Shown here piece after piece: positions 8,757-19,037 of a DNA stretch of 64,000 nt. Position numbers and translations under genes: made by a program. Position 1 is the stretch's first letter. Each line of letters opens with the position of its first letter. Source of the stretch: an uncultured Alistipes sp. (GTDB taxonomy: Bacteria; Bacteroidota; Bacteroidia; Bacteroidales; Rikenellaceae). The DNA is taken from positions 9,583 to 73,582 of the forward strand of contig URRP01000006.1 of the NCBI GenBank assembly GCA_900550375.1, given 5' to 3'. Under the pieces are notes generated by a model. The model saw only the letters and a program-made list of their open reading frames with translations. It ran no database searches and was not told where the DNA came from.

Positions 8757-10142
8757 ATGACACTCATCAAATCTATTTCGGGTATCCGCGGTACGATCGG
8801 GGGCTGCCCGGGCGACAATCTGACTCCGCTCGACATTGTGAAATTCGCTACCGCTTACGCCCGTTTTCTAGGCGAACGAAAATCGGGCCGCCTGCGGATC
8901 GTCGTCGGCCGCGACGCCCGTCTTTCGGGCGAAATGGCGGGCGACCTGATCGAAGGCGCCCTGCTGGGATGCGGCGCCGACGTGGTCAACGTGGGGCTTT
9001 GCACGACACCCGGTGTGGAGTTGGCCGTCACCGCCCACAAGGCCGACGGCGGTATCATTATCACCGCCTCGCATAATCCGCGCCAATGGAATGCGCTCAA
9101 ACTGCTCAATGCCGACGGTGAGTTCCTCTCCGACGTCGAGGGCAAGCGTGTGCTGACGCTGGCCGAGCAGAACGACTATGAGTTTCCCGAGGTCGACGCG
9201 CTGGGGCATGTGCTTTCACGCGAGTCGTTCAACGACGAACATATCCGTCGCGTGCTCTCCCTGCCGCTGGTCGATGCTGAAGCCGTGCGGCGCAAACGCT
9301 TCAAGGTCGTGGTCGACGCCGTCAATTCGGTGGGCGGTATCGTGATCCCGAAGCTGCTGCGCGAACTGGGCTGCGAGGTCGTGGAGCTTAACTGCGAACC
9401 GACGGGCGAGTTCGCCCACAACCCCGAACCGCTGCCGGAGAACCTGACGGAGATCGCCGCGGCGATCGTGCGCGAGAAGGCCGATCTGGGCGTGGTGGTC
9501 GATCCCGATGTCGATCGTCTGGCCTTCGTGAGCGAAGACGGCTCGATGTTTGTCGAGGAGTATACGCTGGTGGCCGTGGCCGATTACGTGCTTTCGCACA
9601 AGGCGGGCAATACGGTCTCGAATCTCAGCTCGTCGCGGGCGCTGCGCGACGTGACCGAGCGTCACGGCGGTCGTTACTACGCTTCGGCCGTAGGCGAGGT
9701 CAACGTCGTGGCGAAGATGAAGGAGGTCGGCGCTGTCGTCGGCGGCGAGGGCAACGGCGGGGTGATCTATCCCGAGCTGCACTACGGGCGCGATGCGCTG
9801 GTGGGTGTGGCGTTGTTTTTGACCTATCTGGCGCAGACGGGGCTGACGATGACCGCGTTGCGTGCCACCTACCCCGCCTACTACGCTTCGAAGAACAAGA
9901 TCGCCCTGACGCCGGCCATCGACGTGGATAAAGTTCTGCGTGAGATAAAGACCCGTTATGCCGGTGAGCAGGTGAACGATATAGATGGTGTGAAGATCGA
10001 TTTTTCGGAGAATTGGGTACATCTGCGCAAGTCCAATACCGAGCCGATCATCCGCATCTATACCGAGGCGCGGTCGATGGCAGAGGCCGATGCGCTGGCG
10101 CAGCGGTTTATCGGCGAGCTGCGCGAAATTTGCAACCTGTAA
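8757..10142 (+). CDS. glmM: Phosphoglucosamine mutase / phosphohexomutase
   Basis: TASHNP catalytic Ser, DPDVDR metal loop, GGEGNGG, RKSNTEP. Confidence 0.85.
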   Translation: MTLIKSISGIRGTIGGCPGDNLTPLDIVKFATAYARFLGERKSGRLRIVVGRDARLSGEMAGDLIEGALLGCGADVVNVGLCTTPGVELAVTAHKADGGIIITASHNPRQWNALKLLNADGEFLSDVEGKRVLTLAEQNDYEFPEVDALGHVLSRESFNDEHIRRVLSLPLVDAEAVRRKRFKVVVDAVNSVGGIVIPKLLRELGCEVVELNCEPTGEFAHNPEPLPENLTEIAAAIVREKADLGVVVDPDVDRLAFVSEDGSMFVEEYTLVAVADYVLSHKAGNTVSNLSSSRALRDVTERHGGRYYASAVGEVNVVAKMKEVGAVVGGEGNGGVIYPELHYGRDALVGVALFLTYLAQTGLTMTALRATYPAYYASKNKIALTPAIDVDKVLREIKTRYAGEQVNDIDGVKIDFSENWVHLRKSNTEPIIRIYTEARSMAEADALAQRFIGELREICNL

Positions 10143-10154
10143 AACGAATACGCT

Positions 10155-11519
10155 ATGAAAGAGGTTCTCAATTACATCCGCTCGCATCGTGACGACTTCG
10201 TCGAGGAGTTGTTCGGCGTGTTGCGCATCCCGTCGATCAGTGTGCAGGCGGAACACCGCGAGGATATGATACGCTGCGCCGAGCATCTGGCGGCGGCGCT
10301 CGTCAAGGCCGGTGCCGATCATGCCGAAGTGATGCCCACCGAGGGCAATCCGGTGGTCTTCGCCGAGAAGATCGTCGATCCGAAAGCCAAGACGGTGCTG
10401 GTCTACGGCCACTATGACGTGATGCCGGTCGACCCGCGCGAGGAGTGGACGACCGAACCGTTCGAACCCGTCGTGCGCGACGGTCGCATCTGGGGGCGCG
10501 GTGCCGACGACGACAAAGGACAGTCGTTCATGCATATCAAGGCTTTCGAGGCGATGTGCGCCACCGGGCAACTTCCCTGCAACGTGAAGTTCATGCTCGA
10601 AGGCGAGGAGGAGATCGGCTCGCAGAGCCTCTACAAATTCTGCCGCGAGCAGAAGAAACTGTTGAAATCGGATGTCATTTTGGTCTCCGATACCTCGATG
10701 ATTTCGATGGATACGCCTTCGATTACCTGCGGATTGCGCGGGTTGACGTATATGCAGGTAGAGGTATCGGGACCCGATAAAGACCTGCATTCGGGATTGT
10801 TCGGCGGTGCGGTGGCCAATCCGGCCAACGTGCTGGCTCGGCTGGTCGCTTCGCTTGTCGACGATGAGGGTCGTGTGACGATCCCCGGGTTCTACGACGA
10901 CGTGCGCGAACTGTCGGCTGCCGAACGGCGTGCGCTCAACAAGGCGCCGTTCCGTTTGGTCGACTACAAGCGGTCGCTGCATATCGGCGACGTGGTGGGA
11001 GAAGCGGGTTATACGACCATGGAGCGCACGGGGGTGCGTCCGTCGCTCGACGTGAACGGCATCTGGGGCGGTTATATCGAGGAGGGAACCAAGACGATCA
11101 TTCCGGCGCGCGCTTCGGCCAAGATTTCGATGCGGCTGGTTCCGAATCAGGATTTTCGCAAGATCGCCAAGCTCTTCGAACGGCATTTCCGCGCCATTGC
11201 GCCCCGCAGCGTGAAGGTCGACGTGAAGTTTTTGCACGGCGGCGCGCCCTACGTTGCACCTACCGACCTGCCGGCCTACGAAGCTGCCGAAAAGGCTGTG
11301 GAGGCTACCTTCGGCAAGAAGCCGCTGCCCTTCTATTCGGGCGGTTCGATTCCGATCGTGAGTGCTTTCGAGGAGATTCTGGGCGTGAAGTCGATCCTGC
11401 TGGGCTTCGGGCTGTCGCAGGATGCGATCCATTCGCCCAACGAAAGTTTCGGGCTGGATCAGTTCCTGCGCGGCATCGAGACGATCCCCTATTTCTACCG
11501 TTATTTCGCCGAGATGTAG
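10155..11519 (+). CDS. M20 family dipeptidase
   Basis: YGHYDV, RGADDDKGQ, EGEEEIGS, DLHSG and HSPNE motifs. Confidence 0.92.
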   Translation: MKEVLNYIRSHRDDFVEELFGVLRIPSISVQAEHREDMIRCAEHLAAALVKAGADHAEVMPTEGNPVVFAEKIVDPKAKTVLVYGHYDVMPVDPREEWTTEPFEPVVRDGRIWGRGADDDKGQSFMHIKAFEAMCATGQLPCNVKFMLEGEEEIGSQSLYKFCREQKKLLKSDVILVSDTSMISMDTPSITCGLRGLTYMQVEVSGPDKDLHSGLFGGAVANPANVLARLVASLVDDEGRVTIPGFYDDVRELSAAERRALNKAPFRLVDYKRSLHIGDVVGEAGYTTMERTGVRPSLDVNGIWGGYIEEGTKTIIPARASAKISMRLVPNQDFRKIAKLFERHFRAIAPRSVKVDVKFLHGGAPYVAPTDLPAYEAAEKAVEATFGKKPLPFYSGGSIPIVSAFEEILGVKSILLGFGLSQDAIHSPNESFGLDQFLRGIETIPYFYRYFAEM

Positions 11520-11535
11520 TTTCCGACCGGCCGAG

Positions 11536-11570
11536 AAAAAAAGCCGTCGCTCAACGAGTGACGGCTTTTT
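11536..11570. terminator. Bidirectional intrinsic terminator
   Basis: AAAAAAAGCCGTCGCTC-AAC-GAGTGACGGCTTTTT between convergent genes. Confidence 0.85.
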
Positions 11571-11589
11571 CTTCGTATGCTATTCCGCG

Positions 11590-12564
11590 TCAGTTGCCTG
11601 CAAAGTTGCTGTTTATGAAGTCGGCGACGGTGAAGACCTTGTTGACCGGCTTGGCGTAAGTGAAACGTTCTTCCGTGTCGATCATGGCGGGAAGCCGCTC
11701 GCCCACGAGTTGCGTGAGGAAGTAATCGATCGCGTCGCGGTAGTTGTTCATCGGCACGTTGGCGATCGCATGGTCGGCATTCTCCACCGAATAGAAATAA
11801 TACGGCGATTTCATCTCGGCGAGCTGCGCGGCAATGTACTTCGATCCGAAGATGCCTGCGCCGCCCAGTCGCAGCCCCTCGTAGGGAACGTTGGAGTCGG
11901 CGTCGCCGTGGAAGAGCATGATCGGGGCGGGCGCACTCTCCCAGCCCAGTTCGTCGCCCATGTTGACGATGGCTCCGGCGAAGGAGATCACACCGGCGTA
12001 GTTGAACGCCTGCGGCAGCTTGGCGGTCAGCGGGTTCTTGTTGGCGATGAGGTATTCGCCCTGCAAAACGGTGATCGCTCCGGCGCTCGATCCGCAGGCG
12101 ACGATCCGCTCGGGATCGATGCTCCACTCTTCGGCTTTGCCTGCAACGTAGCTCGTCGCGTCGTAGAGGTCTTCGACGGCCATCAGCACCGTCTGCGGCA
12201 GCAGCTGCGGAAAACTTTCGGGGGAGAGCTTGCCGGCGGCAAGCGGCTCCTTCAGTCCGAGACGGTAGTCGATCGAGACGACCGTATACCCGTTCTCGCG
12301 GGCCATGTACTCGAAGAACGGACGGTATGATTCGGCATCGCGCGTACCATGGATGAAGGCTCCGCCGAAGACGAAGATCATACAAGGAGCCTGCTCCCCG
12401 ACTTTTATCGCAGGGGCATAGGTGTAGCGATCGAGCCGCAGCGAGTCGCCGTTTTTGACCGAGTAGACGAAGGTTTTGCATACGACCTCGGTGTCGGAGA
12501 CGGTACGGCTGCATCCTGCCGGCAGAAAGCCGAGCATCAGCATCAGTAAAAGCATGTTTCGCAT
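11590..12564 (-). CDS. Alpha/beta-hydrolase (carboxylesterase-like) lipoprotein
   Basis: Lipobox LPAG-C, FGGAF oxyanion loop, GSSAG nucleophile, FHGDADSNV. Confidence 0.85.
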   Translation of the reverse strand: MRNMLLLMLMLGFLPAGCSRTVSDTEVVCKTFVYSVKNGDSLRLDRYTYAPAIKVGEQAPCMIFVFGGAFIHGTRDAESYRPFFEYMARENGYTVVSIDYRLGLKEPLAAGKLSPESFPQLLPQTVLMAVEDLYDATSYVAGKAEEWSIDPERIVACGSSAGAITVLQGEYLIANKNPLTAKLPQAFNYAGVISFAGAIVNMGDELGWESAPAPIMLFHGDADSNVPYEGLRLGGAGIFGSKYIAAQLAEMKSPYYFYSVENADHAIANVPMNNYRDAIDYFLTQLVGERLPAMIDTEERFTYAKPVNKVFTVADFINSNFAGN

Positions 12565-12584
12565 AGTTTGCACGTATTTGTAGA

Positions 12585-13268
12585 TTACATCATCTCTTCG
12601 TAGGCGTACTGCACGGCGCGGTTGAGCTGCTGCACGAAGGGCGCAGTCTTGCGGAACTCCGAGAGCGTGCGTCCCAACAGGTCGTCGCCCGCAAGGAAAT
12701 CGTCGCCAAAGGAGCGGCAGAGGGCCACCTCCTTGAGCCGCAGCAGTTCGTCGTAAGGCGTACCGGCCGGAAATCCCGCAGGCAGGCGTCTGAGTTTCTG
12801 CGACTCGTCGAGCGCGAACCCCTTGGCGCGCCGGATGTTCTCAACAAATTTCGGGCCATTGTCCACGATCTCCTCGCGCACGCTGCGGAGTACGACGGGA
12901 TGCGGCATGTGAAGTCCTGCGAAGAGCATGTGGCCGCCGATCGGCCCCTCTTCGGGGTCGCCTTCGAGATGAAAATAGTAGCCCGCATATCCCGCTTTCT
13001 TGCCGTGCGGCGCGATGAAGATGCCCTGCCATGTCTTGTAGGGCGATTTATCGGTGCTGAAACGCACGTCGCGATAGATGCGGTAAGTACACTCCTTTAC
13101 GGTCAGCCCCTTAACGGCGGGATCGAACGAGGCGATTCCCTCGATCAATCCGCCGGCAAAGTTCTGGATGCGCTCCTGCAGCTGCAACCACTCGGTGCGG
13201 TGCGCCTCGAACCACGTGCGTTCGTTGTGGGCGTGCAGCTGTCGCAGGAATTCGACGACCGCTTTCAT
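12585..13268 (-). CDS. DUF2461 family protein
   Basis: HNERTWFEAHR, RIYRDVRFSTDKSPYK and GYYFHL motifs. Confidence 0.88.
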   Translation of the reverse strand: MKAVVEFLRQLHAHNERTWFEAHRTEWLQLQERIQNFAGGLIEGIASFDPAVKGLTVKECTYRIYRDVRFSTDKSPYKTWQGIFIAPHGKKAGYAGYYFHLEGDPEEGPIGGHMLFAGLHMPHPVVLRSVREEIVDNGPKFVENIRRAKGFALDESQKLRRLPAGFPAGTPYDELLRLKEVALCRSFGDDFLAGDDLLGRTLSEFRKTAPFVQQLNRAVQYAYEEMM

Positions 13269-13269
13269 T

Positions 13270-14550
13270 CTACCAAGCGAAAAGCGGATATTGCGACATC
13301 AGCGCGTTGACCTCTTTGCGGACGGCGGCGATATTGGCCTCGTTCTCGGGATCGTGCAGCACGCGGTCGATCAACTCGACGATCGTCTCCATCTTGTCCT
13401 CTTTCAGTCCGCGCGTGGTGATCGCCGGCGTGCCGAAACGCAGGCCCGACGTCTGGAACGGCGAGCGGCTGTCGAACGGCACCATGTTTTTGTTGGTGGT
13501 GATGTCGGCTGCAACGAGGCATTTCTCGGCCAGCTTGCCCGTCAGCTCGGGGAATTTGGTGCGCAGGTCGACGAGCATCAGGTGGTTGTCCGTACCGCCC
13601 GAGACGATTTTGTAGCCGCGTTTGACGAAGGCTTCGGCCATGGCCTTGGCATTCTTCTGCACCTGCGCCTGATACTCCTTGTAGCTGGGTTCGAGCGCCT
13701 CGCCGAAGGCAACGGCCTTGGCGGCGATCACGTGTTCGAGCGGTCCTCCCTGAATCCCGGGGAAAACGGCCGAATTGAGCAGCTGCGACATCTTCTTGAC
13801 GACGCCTTTGGGCGTGGTGTAGCCCCACGGATTGTCGAAATCCTTGCCCATGAGTATGATGCCGCCGCGCGGGCCGCGCAGCGTCTTGTGGGTCGTCGAG
13901 GTGACGATATGGGCATATTTCACGGGATTGTCCAGCAGTCCGGCGGCGATCAGTCCTGCCGTGTGAGCCATGTCGACCATGAGCAGCGCGCCCACCTTGT
14001 CGGCGATCTCGCGCATCCGCTTGTAGTCCCATTCGCGCGAATAGGCCGATGCGCCGCCGATGATGAGCTTCGGCTTGTGTTCCAATGCTTTGCGCTCCAT
14101 ATCCTCGTAGTCGATCGTGCCGGTCTGCTCGTTGAGCAGGTAGCCTACGGCATTGAAATACATTCCCGACATATTGACCGCCGAACCGTGCGAAAGATGA
14201 CCGCCGTGCGCGAGGTCGAGTCCCATGAAGGTGTCGCCCGGCTTGAGCACTGCAAAGAAAACAGCCATATTGGCCTGCGCGCCCGAGTGGGGCTGCACGT
14301 TGGCGTATTCGGCGCCGTAGAGGCGGCAGACGCGCTCGATGGCCAGCGTCTCGACCTGATCGACGACTTCACAGCCGCCGTAGTAGCGGGCGCCGGGATA
14401 GCCTTCTGCATATTTGTTGGTCAGCACCGAACCCATCGCTTCCATTACTTGGTCGCTGACATAGTTTTCCGAGGCGATCAACTCGATGCCCTCCGTCTGG
14501 CGCTTGTGCTCGGCGCCGATCAAATCGAAAATCTGAGAATCTCTTTTCAT
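13270..14550 (-). CDS. glyA: Serine hydroxymethyltransferase
   Basis: [23 protein letters not shown], and [12 protein letters not shown] containing the PLP lysine. Confidence 0.98.
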   Translation of the reverse strand: MKRDSQIFDLIGAEHKRQTEGIELIASENYVSDQVMEAMGSVLTNKYAEGYPGARYYGGCEVVDQVETLAIERVCRLYGAEYANVQPHSGAQANMAVFFAVLKPGDTFMGLDLAHGGHLSHGSAVNMSGMYFNAVGYLLNEQTGTIDYEDMERKALEHKPKLIIGGASAYSREWDYKRMREIADKVGALLMVDMAHTAGLIAAGLLDNPVKYAHIVTSTTHKTLRGPRGGIILMGKDFDNPWGYTTPKGVVKKMSQLLNSAVFPGIQGGPLEHVIAAKAVAFGEALEPSYKEYQAQVQKNAKAMAEAFVKRGYKIVSGGTDNHLMLVDLRTKFPELTGKLAEKCLVAADITTNKNMVPFDSRSPFQTSGLRFGTPAITTRGLKEDKMETIVELIDRVLHDPENEANIAAVRKEVNALMSQYPLFAW

Positions 14551-14640
14551 AATATGTATTAAGCGTGATTAATCCTTCGATGGCCGTGGACAAGGTGCGA
14601 ACTTGCGGTACAGCGCCTCTGCCTGTCGGTTTATCCTTGG

Positions 14641-14676
14641 CAAAGATATACAATCCGAATTATTTTACTACCTTTG
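14641..14676. promoter_or_regulatory. Divergent Bacteroidota -7 boxes for glyA and fabG
   Basis: TATCTTTG on the minus strand (14641-14648) and TACCTTTG on the plus strand (14669-14676). Confidence 0.7.
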
Positions 14677-14723
14677 TCAACGGAATTTTATCAACAACTC
14701 TATAACAATTACTGAAAAGAGAC

Positions 14724-15470
14724 ATGAAATTACTGGAAGGAAAAGTCGCAGTCGTGACAGGTGCCGCCCGCGGCATCGGAAAGGCAATTGCATTGCAGTT
14801 CGCCAAGGAGGGCGCGAATGTTGCATTCACCGATCTGGTGATCGACGAGAACGGAAAAGCCACCGAGGCGGAGATCACCGCACTGGGTGTGAAATGCAAG
14901 GGCTACGCCTCGAATGCCGCCGATTTCGAACAGACGCACGAAGTCGTGCAGCAGATCGTCGCCGATTTCGGCCGGATCGATATTCTGGTGAACAATGCCG
15001 GCATTACCAAGGACGGCCTGATGATGCGCATGAGCGAGGCGCAGTGGGATGCCGTGCTGACGGTCAACCTGAAGTCGGCGTTCAACTTCATCCACGCCGT
15101 GACGCCGATCATGGCCCGTCAGAAGTCGGGTTCGATCATCAACATGTCGTCGGTGGTGGGCGTGAGCGGCAATGCCGGTCAGTGCAATTACTCGGCGTCG
15201 AAAGCCGGTATGATCGGTCTGGCCAAGTCGATCGCCAAGGAGATGGGGCCCCGCGGCATCCGCGCCAACTGCATTGCCCCGGGTTTCATCATCACCGACA
15301 TGACCGACAAGCTGCCCGACGAAGTCAAGGAGGGCTGGTACAAGCAGATTCCGCTGCGGCGCGGCGGTACGCCTGAGGATGTAGCCAAAGTGGCCCTGTT
15401 CCTTGCATCGGACCTGTCGTCGTATGTCAGCGGTCAGGTTATCCACTGCTGCGGCGCGATGAACTGCTAA
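14724..15470 (+). CDS. fabG: 3-oxoacyl-ACP reductase
   Basis: TGAARGIG, NNAGITKD, YSASKAG and APGFIITDMT motifs. Confidence 0.95.
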   Translation: MKLLEGKVAVVTGAARGIGKAIALQFAKEGANVAFTDLVIDENGKATEAEITALGVKCKGYASNAADFEQTHEVVQQIVADFGRIDILVNNAGITKDGLMMRMSEAQWDAVLTVNLKSAFNFIHAVTPIMARQKSGSIINMSSVVGVSGNAGQCNYSASKAGMIGLAKSIAKEMGPRGIRANCIAPGFIITDMTDKLPDEVKEGWYKQIPLRRGGTPEDVAKVALFLASDLSSYVSGQVIHCCGAMNC

Positions 15471-15493
15471 TTTTAGCACCGAATCACGATACG

Positions 15494-15536
15494 AACGAGG
15501 TGGAGGGCCGCACGGTCTTTCACCTCGTTTGCTTTT
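15494..15536 (+). terminator. Hairpin / probable terminator after fabG
   Basis: AACGAGGTGGAGGGCC..GGTCTTTCACCTCGTT followed by TGCTTTT. Confidence 0.65.
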
Positions 15537-15548
15537 AACGAACAGGAT

Positions 15549-16430
15549 ATGAAACGATTGATTCTTTTGGCCGCGACGCTCATCGGCGGCATTGTTCCCG
15601 CAGCGGCGCAGTCCTACGGGATCGCCAATCCCGATGCTCGGATACTGGGCATGGGCGGCATCGAGACGGTGACTTCGGCCGATGCGTACAGCATCTTCAA
15701 CAATCCTTCGGCGGCTCTCTTCGATCGGCGGAAAGCGCAGGTGGCGACCTCGTTTTTTACCCTTTCGGACAAGACGACCTACTCTGCTGCCGGTTACTAT
15801 AAGTTCAATACGCAGCATGTGCTCGCCGGAGGCTGGAGGACGTTCGGTTTCAGCGACCGCATGAAGGACAAGTCGGTGTCGCTGGCATACGCCTATCGGC
15901 TGAACGGTACTGTGGCGTTGGGTCTTACGGCGGATTACGCCCGTTTCGTGCGGGAGCGGATCGGCAATGCGCTTTCGGCCGGCATCACGGCGCAGGCGGT
16001 CGTACCTTTCGACAAAGGAGACGATTATTCCACCCTGCGGCTGGGTGCCAAACTGACGGGTATCGGCGGATTCATGGACGGTCCAGCGGAGATGAAACTG
16101 CCGGTCGCCTTCACTGCGGGCGCTGCCTACGACTGGTTCCTGAGCGACGTTCATGCACTGACCTTTGCCGGCGAATGCCGGTACACGTTCTCTCCGGCCG
16201 CGGCGCGAGGCGTGGAGGGCGGTCTCGGCGTGGAGTACAATCTGATGCAGCTGCTCCAGTTCCGCATGGGGTATCACGGCGGGGAGTCGCGGTTGTTCTA
16301 TCCCGATTACTTTTCGCTGGGCATCGGCGTGCGTTTCATGCACCTTTGCTTCGATGCGGGCTACACCGTAGCCAAAAAGGCTTCGCCCATGCACAACGCC
16401 TATTCGCTTACGGTCGGTCTGGATTTTTAA
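15549..16430 (+). CDS. Outer-membrane beta-barrel, PorV/PorQ-like
   Basis: Signal peptide, PDARILGMGG and FNNPSAA motifs, C-terminal aromatic strand (VGLDF). Confidence 0.7.
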   Translation: MKRLILLAATLIGGIVPAAAQSYGIANPDARILGMGGIETVTSADAYSIFNNPSAALFDRRKAQVATSFFTLSDKTTYSAAGYYKFNTQHVLAGGWRTFGFSDRMKDKSVSLAYAYRLNGTVALGLTADYARFVRERIGNALSAGITAQAVVPFDKGDDYSTLRLGAKLTGIGGFMDGPAEMKLPVAFTAGAAYDWFLSDVHALTFAGECRYTFSPAAARGVEGGLGVEYNLMQLLQFRMGYHGGESRLFYPDYFSLGIGVRFMHLCFDAGYTVAKKASPMHNAYSLTVGLDF

Positions 16431-16893
16431 GCTCTTCGAGCAGCCCCTCGCAGGCATCTTCGAGCAGGTCGAGCACCAACTCGAATCCCTCGTGCCCTTC
16501 GTAGTAGGGATCCGGTACATGATCCCACTGCGGAGTGCGGCGGCAGAACTCCGTCATGCGGTAGATTTTGCCGGCGAGTTCGCGCGACGGTGCGAGCCGG
16601 TGAGCTGTTTCGTAGTTGTTGTCGTCCATGACGACGATCCGGTCGAACTGTTCGAAGTCGGCTTCGCGCAGCGGACGGGCACGATGCGTAAGGTCGTATC
16701 CGCGCCGTGCGGCAGCGCGGCGCATACGGGAGTCGGGCAGATCGCCGGCATGTCCCGAATAGGTGCCGGCCGAATCGACTTCGATGCGGTCGCTCAGGGA
16801 GCTGCGGCTGACCAGCGTACGGAAAATTTCTTCGGCAGCCGGAGAGCGGCAGATGTTGCCGAGGCAGACAAAAAGGATTTTGGTTTTCATCAT
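16408..16893 (-). CDS. Low-molecular-weight protein tyrosine phosphatase
   Basis: FVCLGNICRS P-loop, DSAGT, VPDPYY. Confidence 0.93.
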   Translation of the reverse strand: MMKTKILFVCLGNICRSPAAEEIFRTLVSRSSLSDRIEVDSAGTYSGHAGDLPDSRMRRAAARRGYDLTHRARPLREADFEQFDRIVVMDDNNYETAHRLAPSRELAGKIYRMTEFCRRTPQWDHVPDPYYEGHEGFELVLDLLEDACEGLLEELKNPDRP

Positions 16894-16895
16894 CT

Positions 16896-17011
16896 GCAAA
16901 GATAGCGCAAGCCGAGGGCAGAACCAAATTTATTGGGGATTTGCCGAGGCGCCGCCTATCTACGCGGGGCTTGTCCCCGCAAAGTCGCGCAAGGTGAGGG
17001 CAGAACCAAAT
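16896..17011 (+). repeat. Dispersed structured repeat: full copy A plus partial copy B
   Basis: GCAAAGATAGCGCAAGCCGAGGGCAGAACCAAAT..TGCCGAGGCG..CTATCT, then GCAAGGTGAGGGCAGAACCAAAT; related to the copies at 42807 and 61040. Confidence 0.75.
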
Positions 17012-17146
17012 ATCAATTGTCATACTGAGCGAGCCGGATGGCGAGCGTGAGCATCGGCCGAGAAAAACCGACAGAAGACGGGCGGTTGTTCGGCAGTTGC
17101 ATCCGATCGGTCTGAATAGGTTGTGAATCGTTTTACCGGTTCTGCG

Positions 17147-17161
17147 CGGCGCAGTCTTTGC
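17147..17161 (+). promoter_or_regulatory. Candidate sigma-54 promoter upstream of the ytfJ-like operon
   Basis: CGGCGCAGTCTTTGC = GG-N10-GC; a TATCTTTG -7 box also lies at 17242-17249. Confidence 0.45.
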
Positions 17162-17284
17162 ATTAGGAATAAGAATAGAGAATAGTGGTCTTTTTGAACA
17201 TTATTCGGACTTTGATAGGGGCCGATCTGTCGAAAAATTCGTATCTTTGCCCGAAAATAAGGTGTATAATTAATTCACCGAATT

Positions 17285-17818
17285 ATGATGAAACTGAAAA
17301 ATTATCTGGCGCTGGCAGCTTTTACGCTGACATTCGGCACCGTGTCGGCGCAAACCGAAGAGATGACGCTGCCGCGAACAGTCTCGAACGTCGAAGTGCT
17401 TGATCTGGAGGGGAAACCCGCGACGCTTCCGTATTGGGGGGAAAAGAACCTGATGATCTTCTATGTCGATCCCGACCATCATAAGCAGAATGAAGATTTT
17501 ACCATCGAACTGGAACAGAATCACCGTGCCGAGAGCGATAAGATTTACGGTTTCGGCGTGATGAATCTCAAGGACGCGCCGATGGTGCCCAACGGCATGG
17601 CCCGTTCGATGGCTCGCAAACGTACGGAGACGAACGGTGCGACGGTGCTTGCCGACCAGACGCGTGCGTTGAGTACGGCGTGGAATCTGGGTGACTGCAA
17701 CAACAAATTCGTGCTGATGTTCGTCACCAAAGAGGGCGAGTTGGTTTTCCTGCGCAAGGGGATTCTCTCGGATGCCGACAAGGAGGCCTTTTACGAGGTG
17801 TTAGATAGCTATAAATAA
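17285..17818 (+). CDS. Secreted YtfJ-family (thioredoxin-like fold) protein
   Basis: Signal peptide; IFYVDPD..QNE and VLADQ..AWNL pattern. Confidence 0.65.
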   Translation: MMKLKNYLALAAFTLTFGTVSAQTEEMTLPRTVSNVEVLDLEGKPATLPYWGEKNLMIFYVDPDHHKQNEDFTIELEQNHRAESDKIYGFGVMNLKDAPMVPNGMARSMARKRTETNGATVLADQTRALSTAWNLGDCNNKFVLMFVTKEGELVFLRKGILSDADKEAFYEVLDSYK

Positions 17819-19032
17819 TGGTATTACGAAGGTTTCTCCCTGCCGTCGTCTGCTGTTTCATGCTTCTTTCCGCTCGTGCGCAGCAGGATACGCTCTGTGT
17901 GCGTGACGGCGACACGCTCCGTTACAAGTATACGCCGCTGCCTGATCCGGCGGCCGCAGCCGAGGCGCAGCCGCCGAAACGAAAGGATAATTTCTGGAAT
18001 CGGATCATTCACGGCAATGTCGACCGTACGTTCGAGAAGAAGATCGACTTCAGCTTTATCGGCGCTCCTTCCTATACGAAAGAGGCGAGCGTCGGTCTCG
18101 GTGTGCTGGCGTCGGGACTCTACCGCATCGATCGCACCGATTCGCTGACGCCTCCGTCGGACGTTTCGTTCTTCGGTAATTTTTCGTTGTCGGGATTTTA
18201 TATGTTCGGCGTGAGCGGCAATACGCTTTTCGACCACAACCGCTCGCGGGTGATTTATGAGGTGTCGTTTGCCTCGAAACCGCTCGATTTCTGGGGAATA
18301 GGCTATGAAGCGGGCCGTTTCAACGAATCCACCGACTATATCCGCAAACAAGTGAAGTTCGACGCCGGCTATCTGTATGAAGTGTGGAAGCACCTCTACA
18401 TCGGCGGGTCGCTGCTGTTCTCCTATACGAAAGGAACGAATTTCGACGATCGGGGCTTAGCCTATCTCACCGGGCAGAAATTGCACTACACCACGTCGGG
18501 CATCGGCGTGACGCTGCAATATGACTCGCGCGACTTCATTCCCGCTCCCGAAAGCGGGACCTTTCTGATGGTCAAGCAGGTGATCTACCCCAAGGGGCTG
18601 GGCAACTGCGGCCGGACACTCTACAAGACCACGGCGACGGCCGACTATTACCAGCGCCTGTGGCGCGGGGCCGTGCTGGCGACCGATATTTTCGGCGAGT
18701 TCAACAGTTCGGGAACGCCTTGGTGTATGCTGGCGGAGTTGGGCGGCGGTTACCGGATGCGCGGCTATTATCAGGGCCGTTATGTCGACAACAACATCCT
18801 TTCGTGCCAGATCGAATACCGCCAGCGCGTCTGGCGGCGTTTCGGCTGCGCCGTGTGGGGCGGTGCGGGCAACGTCTTTTCTTCGTTCGAACGTTTCCAT
18901 TGGGATCAGACGCTGCCCAACTATGGGCTGGGTGTGCGCTGGGAGTTCAAACACCGTGTGAACGTGCGCGTCGACTACGGTTTCGGACGCAAGACCAGCG
19001 GATTGATTTTCAACATTAACGAAGCATTCTGA
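17818..19032 (+). CDS. BamA/TamA (Omp85) family barrel without POTRA domains
   Basis: YDSRD, LGGGYRMRGY..GRY.D, YGLGVRW, VRVDYGFG and C-terminal NEAF. Confidence 0.85.
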   Translation: MVLRRFLPAVVCCFMLLSARAQQDTLCVRDGDTLRYKYTPLPDPAAAAEAQPPKRKDNFWNRIIHGNVDRTFEKKIDFSFIGAPSYTKEASVGLGVLASGLYRIDRTDSLTPPSDVSFFGNFSLSGFYMFGVSGNTLFDHNRSRVIYEVSFASKPLDFWGIGYEAGRFNESTDYIRKQVKFDAGYLYEVWKHLYIGGSLLFSYTKGTNFDDRGLAYLTGQKLHYTTSGIGVTLQYDSRDFIPAPESGTFLMVKQVIYPKGLGNCGRTLYKTTATADYYQRLWRGAVLATDIFGEFNSSGTPWCMLAELGGGYRMRGYYQGRYVDNNILSCQIEYRQRVWRRFGCAVWGGAGNVFSSFERFHWDQTLPNYGLGVRWEFKHRVNVRVDYGFGRKTSGLIFNINEAF

Positions 19033-19037
19033 CAATC

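Noticed and set aside
14551..14640. glyA leader as a ZTP, THF or glycine riboswitch
   Set aside because: Some pairing is possible, but I could not match the conserved cores of these riboswitches; needs an Rfam scan.
17121..17138. TTGTGAATCGTTTTACCG as a Rex operator
   Set aside because: Only the left half fits TTGTGAA-N4-TTCACAA.
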